A stretch of 64,000 bases of DNA from Octopus bimaculoides (GCF_001194135.2 NC_068986.1:20321482-20385481); one strand, 5' to 3'. Shown: positions 37,646 to 50,886, numbered from the stretch's first letter. Notes: generated by a model not told the origin, from the letters alone. Made by a program: numbers and translations.

Positions 37646-39090
37646 GTACAATCACTTCTTTTCTATTGACTTTCCACTAGCCCTTCTCCTCTTAATTACT
37701 CAACCAGTTACGTGAGTTAACCCAATCAGCTTTATTCTCTTGTCTTCATAAAAGATCAGCTTAGTTTGAAGGCAGCCGTAACATATTGTTTTGTCAATAA
37801 TCCAGCACAAGCTGCCTGTTTATTTTATAGCTGACAAACACTTAGCATCTGTACAATATTTCCAGCATTGATCTTGTAGCCCTGTTTGCAGTTATAAATC
37901 TACTGCTAGTTTTCTGATTCCCCACTCCCTTTTAATGTTATTTAAAAGGTTCTTATAGAAAAAAAATATTCATAAGACACAGCCCTTCTTTTTTCTGCTT
38001 TTGATAAAGTAACACAGTTTGTTTATTTTTATTTAGAGTATGAAAGAAAAGGCTGCAGCCTGTTGCACATTACATTATGACATACATGTCATTGATTGCA
38101 GTACAATTACTCATGTGCGCATGTGAGTGTATGTAGTAATATTAGAAGCTGTAGATTGTATATACGAGATAAATACTGATGGCTGTCCTACTACATTAGC
38201 TTTGACATTGTGTATACTTTTACCATGTGTTTTCTTCTCATGCCATCCTCTGTGGCCTTCCTAACACCACCCTTTCTGTTACAGCAATGTGATTTTCCTG
38301 TCAGTATAATGATAAGAAAACCTCTCAAAGTCACATAGAATACAAAAGTGTATTCATTAAAATTATTGCAACCATTTTAATTTTTTAATTGGTACCGTTA
38401 ATTTCTGGTTTAAATTTTATTTGATTTCTTCGATGTGCAAAAATGTTATGATGTGCAAAATCTTTCCGGCTCAACTAAAATACATCAGGACATTGAATTC
38501 TTGAGTATATATATAACATTAAAATAATTTGGATATATATCTCATGGAGTTTTATTTTTGAATATTATTATCTTGAAAATGCTTTGCAATGAACACAACA
38601 CTATAATTGGCCATTTATGAACAAGAGCCTGTAAATTGTGCACAGTTCAAATAAATGCTTTGAAATATTTTGGCACAGTTTTCCTTTCTGAACTGGTTGC
38701 GTATGGGTATGCACATACACAATGGACTCCCCTGTCATAAACAACAAAAGAGGGTTCTGCAACTTCTTGTTGGCCTACTCAGAGGATTTGTTTGTGCCCT
38801 ACATAAGTCCATTCCTCCCCGCCATCAAACATCACATTGCCACACATCAGATGCCAAAGTAATCACTGAGCAACATGAAAGAAAGTACTTTGCTCAAGAA
38901 CACAACACACTGCCTGATCCAGGAATCGAAACCCCACTCTTGCAACCTAACCACTGAGCTACACATATGCATGTTCAGACAGACAAATTAATGGTAACAT
39001 AGCTGTAGAATCCTGATACTCTTTAGTACATTTCTTAAACATAATTATCATTACTTGCTTGTTTAATGCTCTGAATTTTTTTATATGTAG

Positions 39091-39183
39091 GCTGAAACTG
39101 CTGCCAACAGAATTTGCAAGGTACTGAAGATCAATCAAGAAAATGAGAGGCTTATGGAAGAATACGAGAAACTTGCCAGTGAT
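39091..39183 (+). CDS. ACTN: alpha-actinin exon (93 nt, exon 9 equivalent), neck/SR1
   Basis: atgtag|GCT GAA ACT...AGT GAT|gtaagt; [31 protein letters not shown]. Confidence 0.97.
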
Positions 39184-39480
39184 GTAAGTCATAAAAGAAA
39201 CAACTTCTTCTTTGTCTATGTGTCACAGGATAGTATCTGTCAAGTTGGATCTGGTGAAACATAACAAAAGGATAAACTCTTCTTGATGGTTCTTTTTTTT
39301 TTTTTGTTTAAAACATTTGTGCACACTGACATGTTGAAAGCCCTTTGCTGTAGAGACTGTCTTGAAGGAGAAATTCTCCTTACAGACAATGTGTGTAAAA
39401 AACACACTACTGGGCTATAAATGAGGTCATTGAACCACAGGACATGTTTTTCTGCATTATCTTTATCAGTTATGGATACC

Positions 39481-39655
39481 AGATCTTGACAACTGATGCT
39501 GGTGTGTTTACATCCCCGTAACTTTGCGGTTTGGCAAAAGAGGCTGATTGAATAAGTACTAGGCTTACAACAAATAAATTTTGAGGTTGATTTGCTTGAC
39601 TAAAGCCGGTGCTCCTGCATGGCCACAGTCAAATGACTGAAACAAGTAAAAGAAT
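39481..39655 (+). mobile_element. 3' half of family A SINE
   Basis: ctgatgctggtgtgtttacatccccgtaactt...gcatggccacagtcaaatgactgaaacaagtaaaag. Confidence 0.85.
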
Positions 39656-42125
39656 ATATATATATATATATATATATANNNNNNNNNNNNNNNNNNNNNN
39701 NNNNNNNNNNNNNNNNNNNNNNNNNNNNNNNNNNNNNNNNNNNNNNNNNNNNNNNNNNNNNNNNNNNNNNNNNNNNNNNNNNNNNNNNNNNNNNNNNTCC
39801 CGTTATCATTCCAAGTATTATTTTTTTTTTTCTTTATTTAAATAGTTTTTTTTTTTGTATATTACTGCTTTAATAATCTAAAATTGAATAATAAATACTT
39901 GTTCATTTTTACTAACTTATTGCATCAGTTTTCTTTCCATTCTGTCATGAGTTGATTGGGTGTTTTATTGTCAGGTTAATAGGTTAAGTGCATAAATTGA
40001 TAGAGCAAGGGCTTTATAGTTGATTACTTTCCTATATATATCAGTCAACCATGAAGTAGCATATGCTATTCTGTAAGCTAGATCTGTCAACCAACTTAAC
40101 TTTCTCTTTTCACAAAGAGCTATTTCGTGGCCTCTGGATCATTAGCATTGTGCTTAGTATCTTAACCATACACTGTTACAAGTGAAAGTATAAAATATTA
40201 TTGTAATTTATTACTAGTAATCATAGTAGTAGTAGTAGTAGTAGCGCATTGGATTGGTTATGGTTGTAGCAGTGAAACAAATTCTGCTGCATTGACTAAT
40301 GAGAATGCTTGCTCTGGAACATACCTTTTAAACTGGGAAACAGCTTCAAGCAACTTTCAGAATGAACATATGTCATATTTTAGTGTCAGCCAAACTATTT
40401 GTGAAATGAAAATCAAGATCATTATCTCTAGTTGCTATTGTTGCTATGCCTACAACTATTTACTATTTAATGATTGTGAGACATTAAAGGGAATTGGTGA
40501 ACTCTTTCCCAAACTAAAAACAAGTAAGCCATTGAGTTGTTCGTCAAGTTTTCTGTCTGCTCTACTGCTCTACTTAATGTGACACATTAGAGATAATAAT
40601 CAGAAGAGATGCCAGTTTGCCACAGAATAAAGAAGTTGGTCATAAACAACTTCATGAATTCTTATTCTGGAAGATCATCATAAATTTTTATACCTCTGCC
40701 TCACTCGTTCCTACCCATCTTGAAGATCCACTCTGATACCTCGTTGCCTTTTTTTTCCCCCCTCACATTCCAGCTCCACTCTCCTGACCCTTTCTTCTAA
40801 CATGTGAGCCATCAAGGAACCTGTTGTACTCCAGCCCTTTTCTCTCATATTTTACTCTTTTCTACTTATTCTCCTGGCATAAAGTTGCCTCTTCCCCCAT
40901 TGCTCTCCTCTTAAGAGTTCACAGTCTTGCAAACTGCACGGTGGCTTGAAACTGGCACCTAGTAAAGTGGTTATCATTTTTGAAGGGCACCCATCTGTAA
41001 AAACTATGCCAAAACAGACACCAGAGCACACTGTCCTTGGGCCCATCAAATCCTGTCTAACCATCCAACCCATGTCAATATGGAATATGGACATTAAAAC
41101 ATGATGATGGTGTACGAGATTGTTTAATGTCCTTATCTTTCTCAAAGGGATGAGAAACAAAGCTGAAATGAGGTGGGTGCCATGCAGAGCAGGGTTGTGT
41201 GCTTAATAAGCTGACTTTTGCAACCATTTGGTTTGATTTTTGACAGTTGTTGGCCCATTGGAAACCTGTAATCAGCCACAGTAACACTTGTCGCTCACCA
41301 AAGTCAAAATGGAATATAAAATAAACAGGAATTGAAACTAGGTCACTGGCTAGTCAACTCCATACTTCCTCTTGCACTCGACATCAATAACTTTATACTT
41401 TAAACAGAAATTTGTGAGTGCATATATATGTATAAATGTGCTTGAACATATCATTTTTTAAGTTTTTTTTTTCTTTTCCTGTAGATATTCATGGTTTTTA
41501 ATTTTAGAAATGAAGAAAATAACTTTTAAAATCATCTGCACAAATAACAAGTTAGAGAGACCTGCTTAAAACTAATTATTAATCAGTAGAAATGAGAGTA
41601 ACACCTGTAGTTCACATTTAAATCTCTCTCTCCCCTCCCTCCCTTCCTCTGCAGAATCTCAAAACACGTTTTGAATAAATGTGTTTTAAACCAAATAAAA
41701 TCATGTAGCTCTCCTTCTCTGCATAGAATATTCTAGTAAAAAAATATAAAATTCTAAATATATATTGTCTGGAGAAACTCTGTAAACAATGGGTTTTACA
41801 CAAGTAATAAGAGTAACTCTATATCTAAAAATAACAACTTTACTATTATTATATCCTAATAAAACATTTTCATCTCGCCTTTTCCATTTGTGGTGCAACC
41901 AATTTCTTTTCCTAGCGTAAACAAGTTTTGCAAAAATCAACTTTTCTATATAAGCAGCCACGTTTACATAAGCCTAGCTAATGTCAAATCACTCCCAAAG
42001 GCAAATTCATTCATGTAGCCAGTTTTGATATCATTCAGTTTAAAAGAAGATGGAGGTGGTGGGGTGGTGGTGGTGGTGGTGGTGGAGAATAAGATACTAG
42101 TCAATCAGCAGTTAATTCTCTATGG

Positions 42126-42432
42126 CAGCAGTTTTTCAACCATAGAGGGAGCCACTCAGTTCCTATGGTTGTAGAATTGGCAGGATTACAATATGGCTCT
42201 TTATAAACTTATAACAATGAAAAAAATATAAAATAACCTCTTAAAATAAGATTTTAGACCAGTGATTCTTAACCTTTTTAATATTCATGCTAAATCCAAA
42301 ACCTGGATTTTTTTAGGGGCCACACCAAAAAAAGTTAAACACAAGTCAATTTAAGAAAAATTTACTATATTTGTAGAGGGTAGACTGTCGAGGGTTGCAT
42401 GCAGCCCTGGGAGCCATGGTTGAGAACTGCTG
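42126..42432. mobile_element. hAT-type MITE (about 307 bp)
   Basis: TIRs CAGCAGTTTTTCAACCAT / ATGGTTGAGAACTGCTG. Confidence 0.65.
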
Positions 42433-42877
42433 ATTTAGAAACTTCGAGAGAATGTGAAATAATTTGTTTTTGGCATTGAACTCAAAGTAGATAGAACTAT
42501 AAACAATAATTGGTAATTATTGGATATAAAAAGATGTCAAAAGCATTTTTAACCCCATATTTACACACTATTACTTATAGCTTTATTTACTTTAAGTTTC
42601 CTCGTTGAAAATGGATTTTCAACCTTTTAACAGTTCTGTCATAAAATTGACTGTAAATATAAGCTATTGCTAATGCCAGCATTAAAAAAAAAGATGTAAA
42701 ATGGTTTTAGAATTTTGAGCTAGATGTGGGCAGTATCAACAGTTGCTTTAAGTATGGCATCATATGATGGCATTTATTCATAGGAAATTAGATACTACCT
42801 GACAAATTACTCTGTCACTTTTTCTAGCCATTCAAGTGGTTGTGGCTTGTACAGATGGATAAGTTTCATGAGTTTAA

Positions 42878-43048
42878 CCCTTCAGCATTTTCGTATCCGA
42901 CCCAAATAGTTCTACCTGTTGTGTGTTCAAACTGGCCAGATCTTGCCTCTCACACCAACCATACAATGTCATTCTAAAAATAAACAATCACATCATGAAA
43001 ATCTTGAAGCTGTATTGCCTTTGACCGAGTAATCTAAATGCTAAAGGG
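42878..43048. mobile_element. piggyBac-type MITE (171 bp)
   Basis: TTAA|CCCTTCAGCATTT ... AAATGCTAAAGGG|TTAA; 12/13 TIR match, TTAA TSD; related ends at about 30226 and 35286. Confidence 0.85.
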
Positions 43049-43249
43049 TTAATTGTTCTTTCCTTTAGTTGTAGTTAAGGCTTTCAATATCTGTCTCTAT
43101 CCAGATAGATTACCTGCCAATTAGCAAAAAAAAATTTTTTTAAGTAGTGGGGAAGGGGATAATGCAATCGACCTTCACTAAATTTAGTACAGTTTACCTT
43201 TTTTAAAAAAATTTTCAAACGATTGACCTTTCTCGTTCTATCTTTTCAG

Positions 43250-43480
43250 CTCCTTGCCTGGATCCGTAAAACTACTCCCTGGCTAGAAAATAGACACACA
43301 GATAACACTCTCCCTGGAACGCAGAAGAAGCTTGAAGAATTCCGAGATTATCGCCGTAAACATAAACCACCAAAGCTGGAAGATAAAGCCCGACTGGAAA
43401 ACAGTTTTAACACCTTGCAGACACGCCTCCGACTCAGCAATCGTCCAGCCTATCTGCCTACTGAAGGCAAGACTGTTGGG
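43250..43480 (+). CDS. ACTN: alpha-actinin exon (231 nt, exon 10 equivalent), SR1
   Basis: ttttcag|CTC CTT GCC TGG...GTT GGG|gtaaga; [15 protein letters not shown]...[17 protein letters not shown]. Confidence 0.98.
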
Positions 43481-43559
43481 GTAAGAATATCTCGTTAATA
43501 TTTCCACTTTATTCTTTCACATTATTTTCTTCTTTCAAACTGCTTTGCAAGTATTTTAT

Positions 43560-43721
43560 TATTCGTGTGTCTTTACGTTCTGAGTTCAAATTCCGCCAAG
43601 GTCGACTTTGCCTTTCATCCTTTCGGGGTCGATAAATTAAGTACCAGTTGCATACTGGGTTGATCTAATCGACTGCCCCTCCTCCCCAAGACTTTTGGGC
43701 CTTGTGCCAAGAGTAGAAAAG

Positions 43722-43765
<44 letters not shown>

Positions 43766-43982
43766 CGTGGCCATTGCCAGTACCACCTGACTGGCCCTTG
43801 TGCCGGTGGCACATAAAAGCACTTACTACACTCTCGGATTGGTTGGCGTTAGGAAGGGCATCCAGCTGTAGAAACTCTGCCAAATCAGATTGGAGCCTGG
43901 TGCAGCCTTCTGGTTCACCAGTCCTCAGTCAAATTGTCCAACCCATGCTAGCATGGAAGACAGACGTTAAACGATGATGATG

Positions 43983-44018
<36 letters not shown>

Positions 44019-44480
44019 AATAATTATAAGATGGTAAGCTGGCAGAATTGTTAGCATGTCTGGTGAAGTGCTTAGTAGTTGTTCCATCTGCCACTACACT
44101 CTGAGTTCAAATTTCACCAGGGTCAACTTAACCTTTCATCCTTCCGGGCTTCAATAAAGTAAGTACCAGTTTACTGCTAGGGTCAATGTAATCGACTTAA
44201 CCCCTCCTGCCAAATTTCAGGCCTTGTGCCTATAGGAGAAAGGATTATTATTATTAAGGACTGAGCTGGCTGAAGTGTTAGCACTCTGGACAAAGTGCTT
44301 AGCAGTATTTCGCCTGTCGCTTTGCCAAGGTCACCTTTGCCTTTCATCCTTTCGGGGTCGATAAATTAATTACCAGTGTAGGTCTGAGGTCGATGTAATC
44401 AACTAGTTCTCTCCTCCCAAATTTCAGGTGTTGCACCTTTAGTAGAAAGGATTATTTTTGTTATTATAAGTTGGCGAGAT
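43560..44480 (+). mobile_element. cluster of family B SINEs with (TTA)n tails plus one family C element (43766-43985)
   Basis: Repeated gagttcaaatt/gcctttcatcctt/agaaaggattattatt units at about 43560, 44030, 44258; head only at 44470. Confidence 0.85.
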
Positions 44481-44504
44481 GGCAGAATCGTTAGCACTTC
44501 CTTC

Positions 44505-44870
44505 TTGACTATTCATGGGTCAGAGGGTTACGCAACATCAGTTACAGAGCACATGTGGTGCACCTTGTCCACCACCACTAGGTCTGGTTACTAATACTCT
44601 AGCATGTGCTCTGCTTGGATTGGGAAATCCCACAGGATTTTGCGGGTCTCCAACTCAGCCACTCTGTGTGGTTTGTGCTCACACCACACCTTGTACCTCT
44701 CTGTGGACCTCGCTTTGCACATAGTTTCCAATGTACCACTTTTGCTACCTCATCGTGTCACCACAACTTATAATGGTTTTGAGCAAGTCTGGGGCATTTG
44801 TTCACATTACAGGCAATGGTTTCGTCCACTCTATTACAAATGCAGCCCTGTGGAGACACTTGCTCTTTCT
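44505..44870 (-). pseudogene. R4/Dong-like (restriction-like endonuclease clade) LINE C-terminal fragment
   Basis: Minus-strand translation with stops and a frameshift: CICNRVDETIACNVNKCPRLAQNHYKLW*HDEVAKVVHWKLC.. / CEHKPHRVAELETRKILWDFPIQAEHMLEY**PDLVVVDK..TDVA*P (zinc knuckle, RHD-like motif, PD-(D/E)XK). Confidence 0.8.
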
Positions 44871-45817
44871 TAGAGTTGACCTTACATCATCATCATTATC
44901 ATCATTACTGTATTAACCACCATTTCTCACATGTATAAAATTACAAATCCAAATTCAATAAACCATTTCATCAGAATTGTTCAATCTAAACTTCTATCCA
45001 ATATAGATTTTATTGTTATAAAGAAAAGAGTTGAGTGTTGAGACTGACAATTCATGTTACTTCATTCAACAGCCTACAACCTCATTTCCTCAATTAAGTG
45101 ACCTCCTTCAAAAACATTCTGTAAAATGCATGCATTTAGTAAGTTCCTACAGTGTCTCATATTCTTGGTTGAAGCTGCATCGATATAACAGAATGTTTTA
45201 TCAGCCTCTCAGTCGTTTTAGAAATGCTTAAAGTCTGCTTTTTACATTCTGAATAACAATGGAATATCATCAGTAAAATGTCCACATTGCTTCTGACCCT
45301 TACAAACCAAAGAGTAAATAGCTTAAAGGAATCTTAACTATTATGAAAGGTTCCTTGCCAAGAATTGCTATGTACTGCATGAAGGATGAAATGGTGCAGA
45401 TTATTCTTAATGACCTCTGTTTACACGATTCCCTTAATACCAACAGAGAGCAATGTTGAATTTAAGAAATTGCAATTTGCAGTCAGCCAAATTTTTATAA
45501 TAGCCATTAGCACATCTCAAGGTTATTTGTTGATTTGCCAATATTGAACCCGCAAATAGAAATTAAAACTGGCAACACCTTTGTATGAACAGAATTTTGA
45601 AGTAACATAAACATTTTGGTAATGACTGCTAAAAACCATTGTCATTAAATATTTTATGTTGAATTCATTTTCAGTGTTTTCTATTTCCTTGTACTTTGTT
45701 CTTATTAAGTGTATTGATATGAATTTAGCAAAGGTAAAGTTTTTACCCCATTAAAAATATAACTAATGAATTATAAATCTATTATTAGCTCTTTGTTTTC
45801 TGTTATTTTTATATTAG

Positions 45818-45894
45818 GATATTGTCTTTGCATGGAAAGGTCTTGAGTCTGCAGAAAAAGGTTTCGAAGAATGGCTATTGTCTGAGCTGCAGAG
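45818..45894 (+). CDS. ACTN: alpha-actinin exon (77 nt), SR1/SR2
   Basis: atattag|GAT ATT GTC...CAG AG|gtaatg; DIVFAWKGLESAEKGFEEWLLSELQR. Confidence 0.96.
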
Positions 45895-46115
45895 GTAATG
45901 TTTATTTCCTTGTTATTTAATAAAGTTTTTGCTAAGCTCCACATTGTGGAACGAAGTTCTCAACAAGACTAGCATTTGGTTAATGTCAATTCAGTTAATG
46001 TATTAATGCTCTTGAAAAAGACACGAATGTCTCATCTTATCATTTCCATCCCCGAAATATTTATCAAGTTTTGTGCATACATAAAAATCTCAAAAAATGC
46101 TGCTTTGTTTTTCAG

Positions 46116-46242
46116 GTTGGAGAGACTGGACCATTTGGCCCAGAAATTCCGCCACAAGTGTAACATTCACGAAGAATGGGCTACAGGCAAGGACATCATG
46201 CTAGATGCACCTTTGCAGAAATGCAGTCTGCAAGAAATGAAG
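46116..46242 (+). CDS. ACTN: alpha-actinin exon (127 nt), SR2
   Basis: ttttcag|G TTG GAG AGA...ATG AAG|gtactt; LERLDHLAQKFRHKCNIHEEWATGKDIMLDAPLQKCSLQEMK. Confidence 0.96.
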
Positions 46243-46877
46243 GTACTTTTTTTTTTCCCCACTACACCATCACATTTCCTCCTATATGTTCCTGATGAAC
46301 ATGTAAACATTAGTAACTTTTTAACTTCTATACAAGTCATTAAATTTAATAGTGAATTTAAATTGTATATATATTTGGACCTTTAGAATAATAATACTTC
46401 AGTTAACCTGATTGCAACTCTTCTTTGACTGAGATTTTTTTTCCATGGTTCCTTTTATGGAATGAGAATTCAAATGTCAAAATACTTGCTCCTGAAACAT
46501 ACTGAAGTCAGAAGTTTCGTCATTAGTATTAGAAGTTTCATTATGGTGATAGTATATAATGCCGACAAAACAGATGTAAAATAATGTGAGGAATTTAAAA
46601 ATTTATGCAGATACATTGGATAATTAATAATTCCAATGAAAACAATATCTTGGATTGAAACAATTTTAATTGGTAGTTCTTTTTCTATGTCTGCCTTTAA
46701 GTTTCTTTGAATTCTCCCAACCTTTGATATACATAAACTGCTCATATTTTCTTTGTTTATTTAGCTCTTTCACCCATCTCTCTGTCATGAGATACACATC
46801 TCTTAAAGAACTCTTTGCCGCTATCACATCCATTGTATGTATTTTTCTATAATACTTTACTTTTCTTACGTCATTAG

Positions 46878-46970
<93 letters not shown>

Positions 46971-47129
46971 TAGGTTCTGATTACTTTTATTTGATGCTAT
47001 TTCTGTGAGCTTACCCTAATTTACATATAGTACCAAACGGAAGGTTTTTCCAGGCAGTGTTTTATGGTTGGCTGCCGGAATGTACTGGACCTACTTTAAA
47101 CTAGATTCTATACACACAGTGTAGATTAA

Positions 47130-47500
47130 TAAAATGCTATTTGGTTTTATGCCAGGAAGAGAATGTAAGACAATTATAAGAGGAATATTTCGTTTGTTGG
47201 GTTTATTGGTGTGAGGGGAAGCTTTTGACGGGGTTCCACATGAAGAAATGATATGAGCATTGGGAGAGTTAGAAATGGAGAATTAGTTGTTTAAAGTAGC
47301 AATGACAAATGTATGAGAGAACACACAGTTATATGAATGAAGGACAGGAACAGTGATGAGTTTGAAGTGAAGGCTGGAGGACTCAAAGTGTTACTAATCT
47401 TATTGTTACTTGTAGTTGTGATAGAGGTACAGATGAGGAGTATAAAGGAAGATTTATGATGGATGATCTGGTGTTAATAGTCGAGAGTTTAAGTGTATTG
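47130..47500 (+). pseudogene. RTE-clade reverse transcriptase fossil
   Basis: Translated pieces FGFMPGR, AFDGVPHEEMI*AL, NSDEFEVKAG, MMDDLVLIVES resemble QFGFMPGR / KAFDRVP / YADDLVL. Confidence 0.7.
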
Positions 47501-48587
47501 AAGAAGGTGAATGAGAGGAAAGGATGTATGTGTCTTACAATTGCTGCTTGCTTATGAATGTCACAACATTCACACAGTGTTCCTGTTGGCCTTTGTTTCA
47601 TACCTGCAAAGCCATGTGGAAAGGGAAATCTGTTCTTGAAAATCAGGTAGACTTTAGCATCAAGAAAGACATCCAGCTATAAAATAATTGCTGCAATAAC
47701 ATGTTTGTCTAACACATGCTAGCTTGGTAAAATGGACATAAGACAAGCAAATGGTTGTATGTGTGGAGGCAAAAGGTCTGAAAGGAAGTACTGAAAAGCA
47801 AAGAAAAAAGGTGATGGCTAATACAAAAATGTATGGTGAGATGGATGGCACAGGGGAGTTAGAGCGAACTTTTTTTACATGGACATGTACACTGGGTGGC
47901 TTCATTGAAAAGCGTAATAATATGAGAAGGTTATTAACTAATGGGGTCTAGGTTTGGCCTAGATTTTTTTCAATTAAATCTGTGTGGAGCCGGTTTCTTT
48001 AATAATGGTGGGATGCAACAAAAGACTTCATTAAGTAATCCTCTGCTGAAACTGTTGGCTTTCAACAATATAATACATCTCTATAATGTCGTGGTGTTAC
48101 TTTAAACACTAATAACTGTAGCAACCACTTTATATTAGTCAGTAAGATTATTAAGTACTTGGGTGTCAAATTCTGCTTACACACACACACATGCAGAGGT
48201 GTAATGTAAGAAGTAGATTGTGTATTGGAAACTGATATTTTGGAAAAGTGAGTTCAGTCTTTCGTTGCATTACTACACAAAACAAAGTCTACTTCTTTTT
48301 TTTTTTTTTTTTTTTTTTCCTTACAACTTCTGTTACTTCTCTTAGGCACTTTTTTGTTGTTTTGTCTGGAACCCTATCAAACTAATATCTTAATTATTAG
48401 CACATGTTACTTTAATGAAGCTTAATGCACAGCTAATTTCGGGATATCTGTCATTCGACTTGTATAAAACACTGAGCTTTAAATAATAGTAGATTTAACT
48501 TGTAATTTTTAGTGTTTCATCAGGAGACACATAATATAAATACTAAGGACTACTACAAGTTAACTTAAATACCTGCACCAAGAGAAA

Positions 48588-48660
48588 CCTCTCCCAGTTA
48601 TTGAAATAGATAGAAGCCTCTCCCAGTTATTGAAATAGATAGAAGCCTCTCCCAACTATT
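48588..48660. repeat. 29-bp tandem repeat, 2.5 copies
   Basis: CCTCTCCCAGTTATTGAAATAGATAGAAG at 48588, 48617, partial at 48646. Confidence 0.9.
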
Positions 48661-48792
48661 GTCATATTTAAAACTCTTCATGATAATGAACACAATACAG
48701 GAGACCAGCTATTTGATTTCTTGAGTCAGGTGATCAGTTTCCTTTCAGTTGTTCTTTTTTTACAAATTTCATATCAGCTTCTTTATAAGACA

Positions 48793-48829
<37 letters not shown>

Positions 48830-49650
48830 TGATAATAGTCTGTTAGTGTTGGTTTGATTTTTAAATTACTATTGACGCTTCAAATTACTTGGTATACATT
48901 TTATCAAGCAAGCACGCAGTTTTCATTTCTTGTCCCTTAAACAATTGGTAGTAGGAGTGGGAGTTTCATTGAAGTGTCCATATTTTGTACCTAGGTCGAG
49001 TTAACCTGAACAATCCCATTTATAAGAATATCTTGGCTGCTAGGTTAACACTCCATTTACTGGGCATTACATACAACATTTCAATTACAGTAGCATATAC
49101 AAAAGCATGATAACAAAGTAGTTAGAATGCAGGAATTCAAACAGTTATCATAATTATTCTGAATGCAGCACTCAGTACTCAGCTATGGTAGTATTCTCTA
49201 AGAATCTCTTTATTAAGTGTGCCTTACATCAGAATTATATGTTTAAGCACTAACATGTTCTATGTAACCTAAATGGTAAATGTAGATAATTCACTTAGGA
49301 ATATTTAACTGTTTTTTTGTTTCTGTAATAAACAAAACACTGGTCATTTATCTTTCTATCATCATCATCATCATCATCATCGTTTAACGTCCGCTTTCCA
49401 TGCTAGCATGGGTTGGACGAGATACAAGGAATGGTTAAATTTAAAGCTCCAAACCAAAGTTCTAAATAATTGCCATTATTACATAGGAAGGAATGAAAGA
49501 GTACTGGACTGTCTTGTACTGTTTAATTTCACATTGGCACTGATTTAGTAAACTATATTAATCCTTTAAAATGTTTGGCTTTGTGCCAATGTTAGAACCT
49601 TGCAAAGTTGTTCTGAGTTCACATATATATATATTATAAGTTAAGCGGTA

Positions 49651-50054
49651 CAGGTCGTCATCGACTTACGACGATTGGCGCACCAGCTCCCAGCAGCAAT
49701 AATAGTCCAGCTGAAATCTAATGGGTTTAATTTCTTAGAAATTAACCCATCTACGGATGATATCAGCTAACAAATATTTCCCCTAGGTTTGGTTATCAAT
49801 CGCCACTGTTGGATGACTATCCTGTTATGGAGACATTGAAGTAACCTCATATTTGTTTATAAGATGACTGCTTGAGACTCTGAAATTTTTGACTAACACC
49901 AGTATATTAGTATAATACAGAATGCTGTGTGTGGCTTTTACCTGAGAATGTACTTTAAAAATGTAAAAATATAAAACAAAGCTATGTAGACCTATAGGCT
50001 GACTTACGACCAGTCAGTCAGAACCAATTGTGGTTGTAAGTCGTTGATGATTTG
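49651..50054. mobile_element. Tc1/mariner (pogo/Tigger-like) MITE, about 404 bp
   Basis: TA|CAGGTCGTCATCGACTTACGAC ... GTTGTAAGTCGTTGATGATTTG|TA; degenerate TIRs, TA flanks. Confidence 0.7.
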
Positions 50055-50840
50055 TATTTAAGAGAGAAGTGGAGAGAGAGAGAATGAGTAAAATGTCTGT
50101 ATGATGTATATTGTGTACAGAACCTTGGCCTACTTTATCTAGCATCCTCTTTTCTCAGATGGTAGCGTGTAAATTGATGATGATTTGGGTACTATTTCTG
50201 GCAGGTCGAGAATAACATTTGTGATGTTTCTGCTCACTCAAACAACTACAAACTATTAGAAACTTTGAGCACAAACTAACACACACACAGACATACATGT
50301 GCTCACAGCTGTTTCCCATCTAATAACTTCCTGTGTATGTGTGTTGGCATGATTCAATGTACGTGTGTATGTGTCTGTTTTGACCAAAGTATACACACAC
50401 ACACACACACCATGTGTGTGTGCTCTCTCTCTTTTTCTGTATATTTTGTTGTTTTTCTATCAATTATTAGTGTAAGATAGAGTGATTGGCAAAAACACAA
50501 AATTGCTTTTTACTATGAATTTTCACTATAAAAATTTTTTACTTTAGTACATTGTCCTTGTGTGTGTGTGTAAGCATCTGTATGTGTTTGTGTGTATGTG
50601 TAGCATGCACACAAACATATCTGAAAGGTTAGTAACAGCACTCATTATGGTAAGAAACACGATTCACTGAGATGTGATGTTACTGGGTTGCTATTTTAAG
50701 GTGAGAATGACATCACTTCACTTGTGCCATACACTAAAAAAACTGGAAGGAAGTCCAAACAGTAACTGAGTTTCTTTATGTACTTGTTGATAACATAGAT
50801 TTCTTTCACTTTTCCTAAATATTGTTTTATATTATTTCAG

Positions 50841-50886
50841 TGCCTTGAACTATCACGATGTGGTCACAGTTAACACCAGATGCCAG
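50841..50886 (+). CDS. ACTN: alpha-actinin exon (46 nt), SR2
   Basis: atttcag|T GCC TTG AAC...TGC CAG|gtatgc; ALNYHDVVTVNTRCQ. Confidence 0.95.

Noticed and set aside
37708-37711. ccag|TTAC|gtgagt 4-nt microexon-like site
   Set aside because: Frameshifting, with only a 62-nt upstream intron; the one frame-restoring partner (37755-37777) would need a 43-nt intron.
38037-38122. AG...GT segment of exactly 86 nt, the size of exon 8
   Set aside because: In the required phase it has an in-frame TGA, and it shows no similarity to exon 8.
48588-48660. 29-bp direct repeats of CRISPR-like size
   Set aside because: Head-to-tail with no spacers, in a eukaryotic intron.
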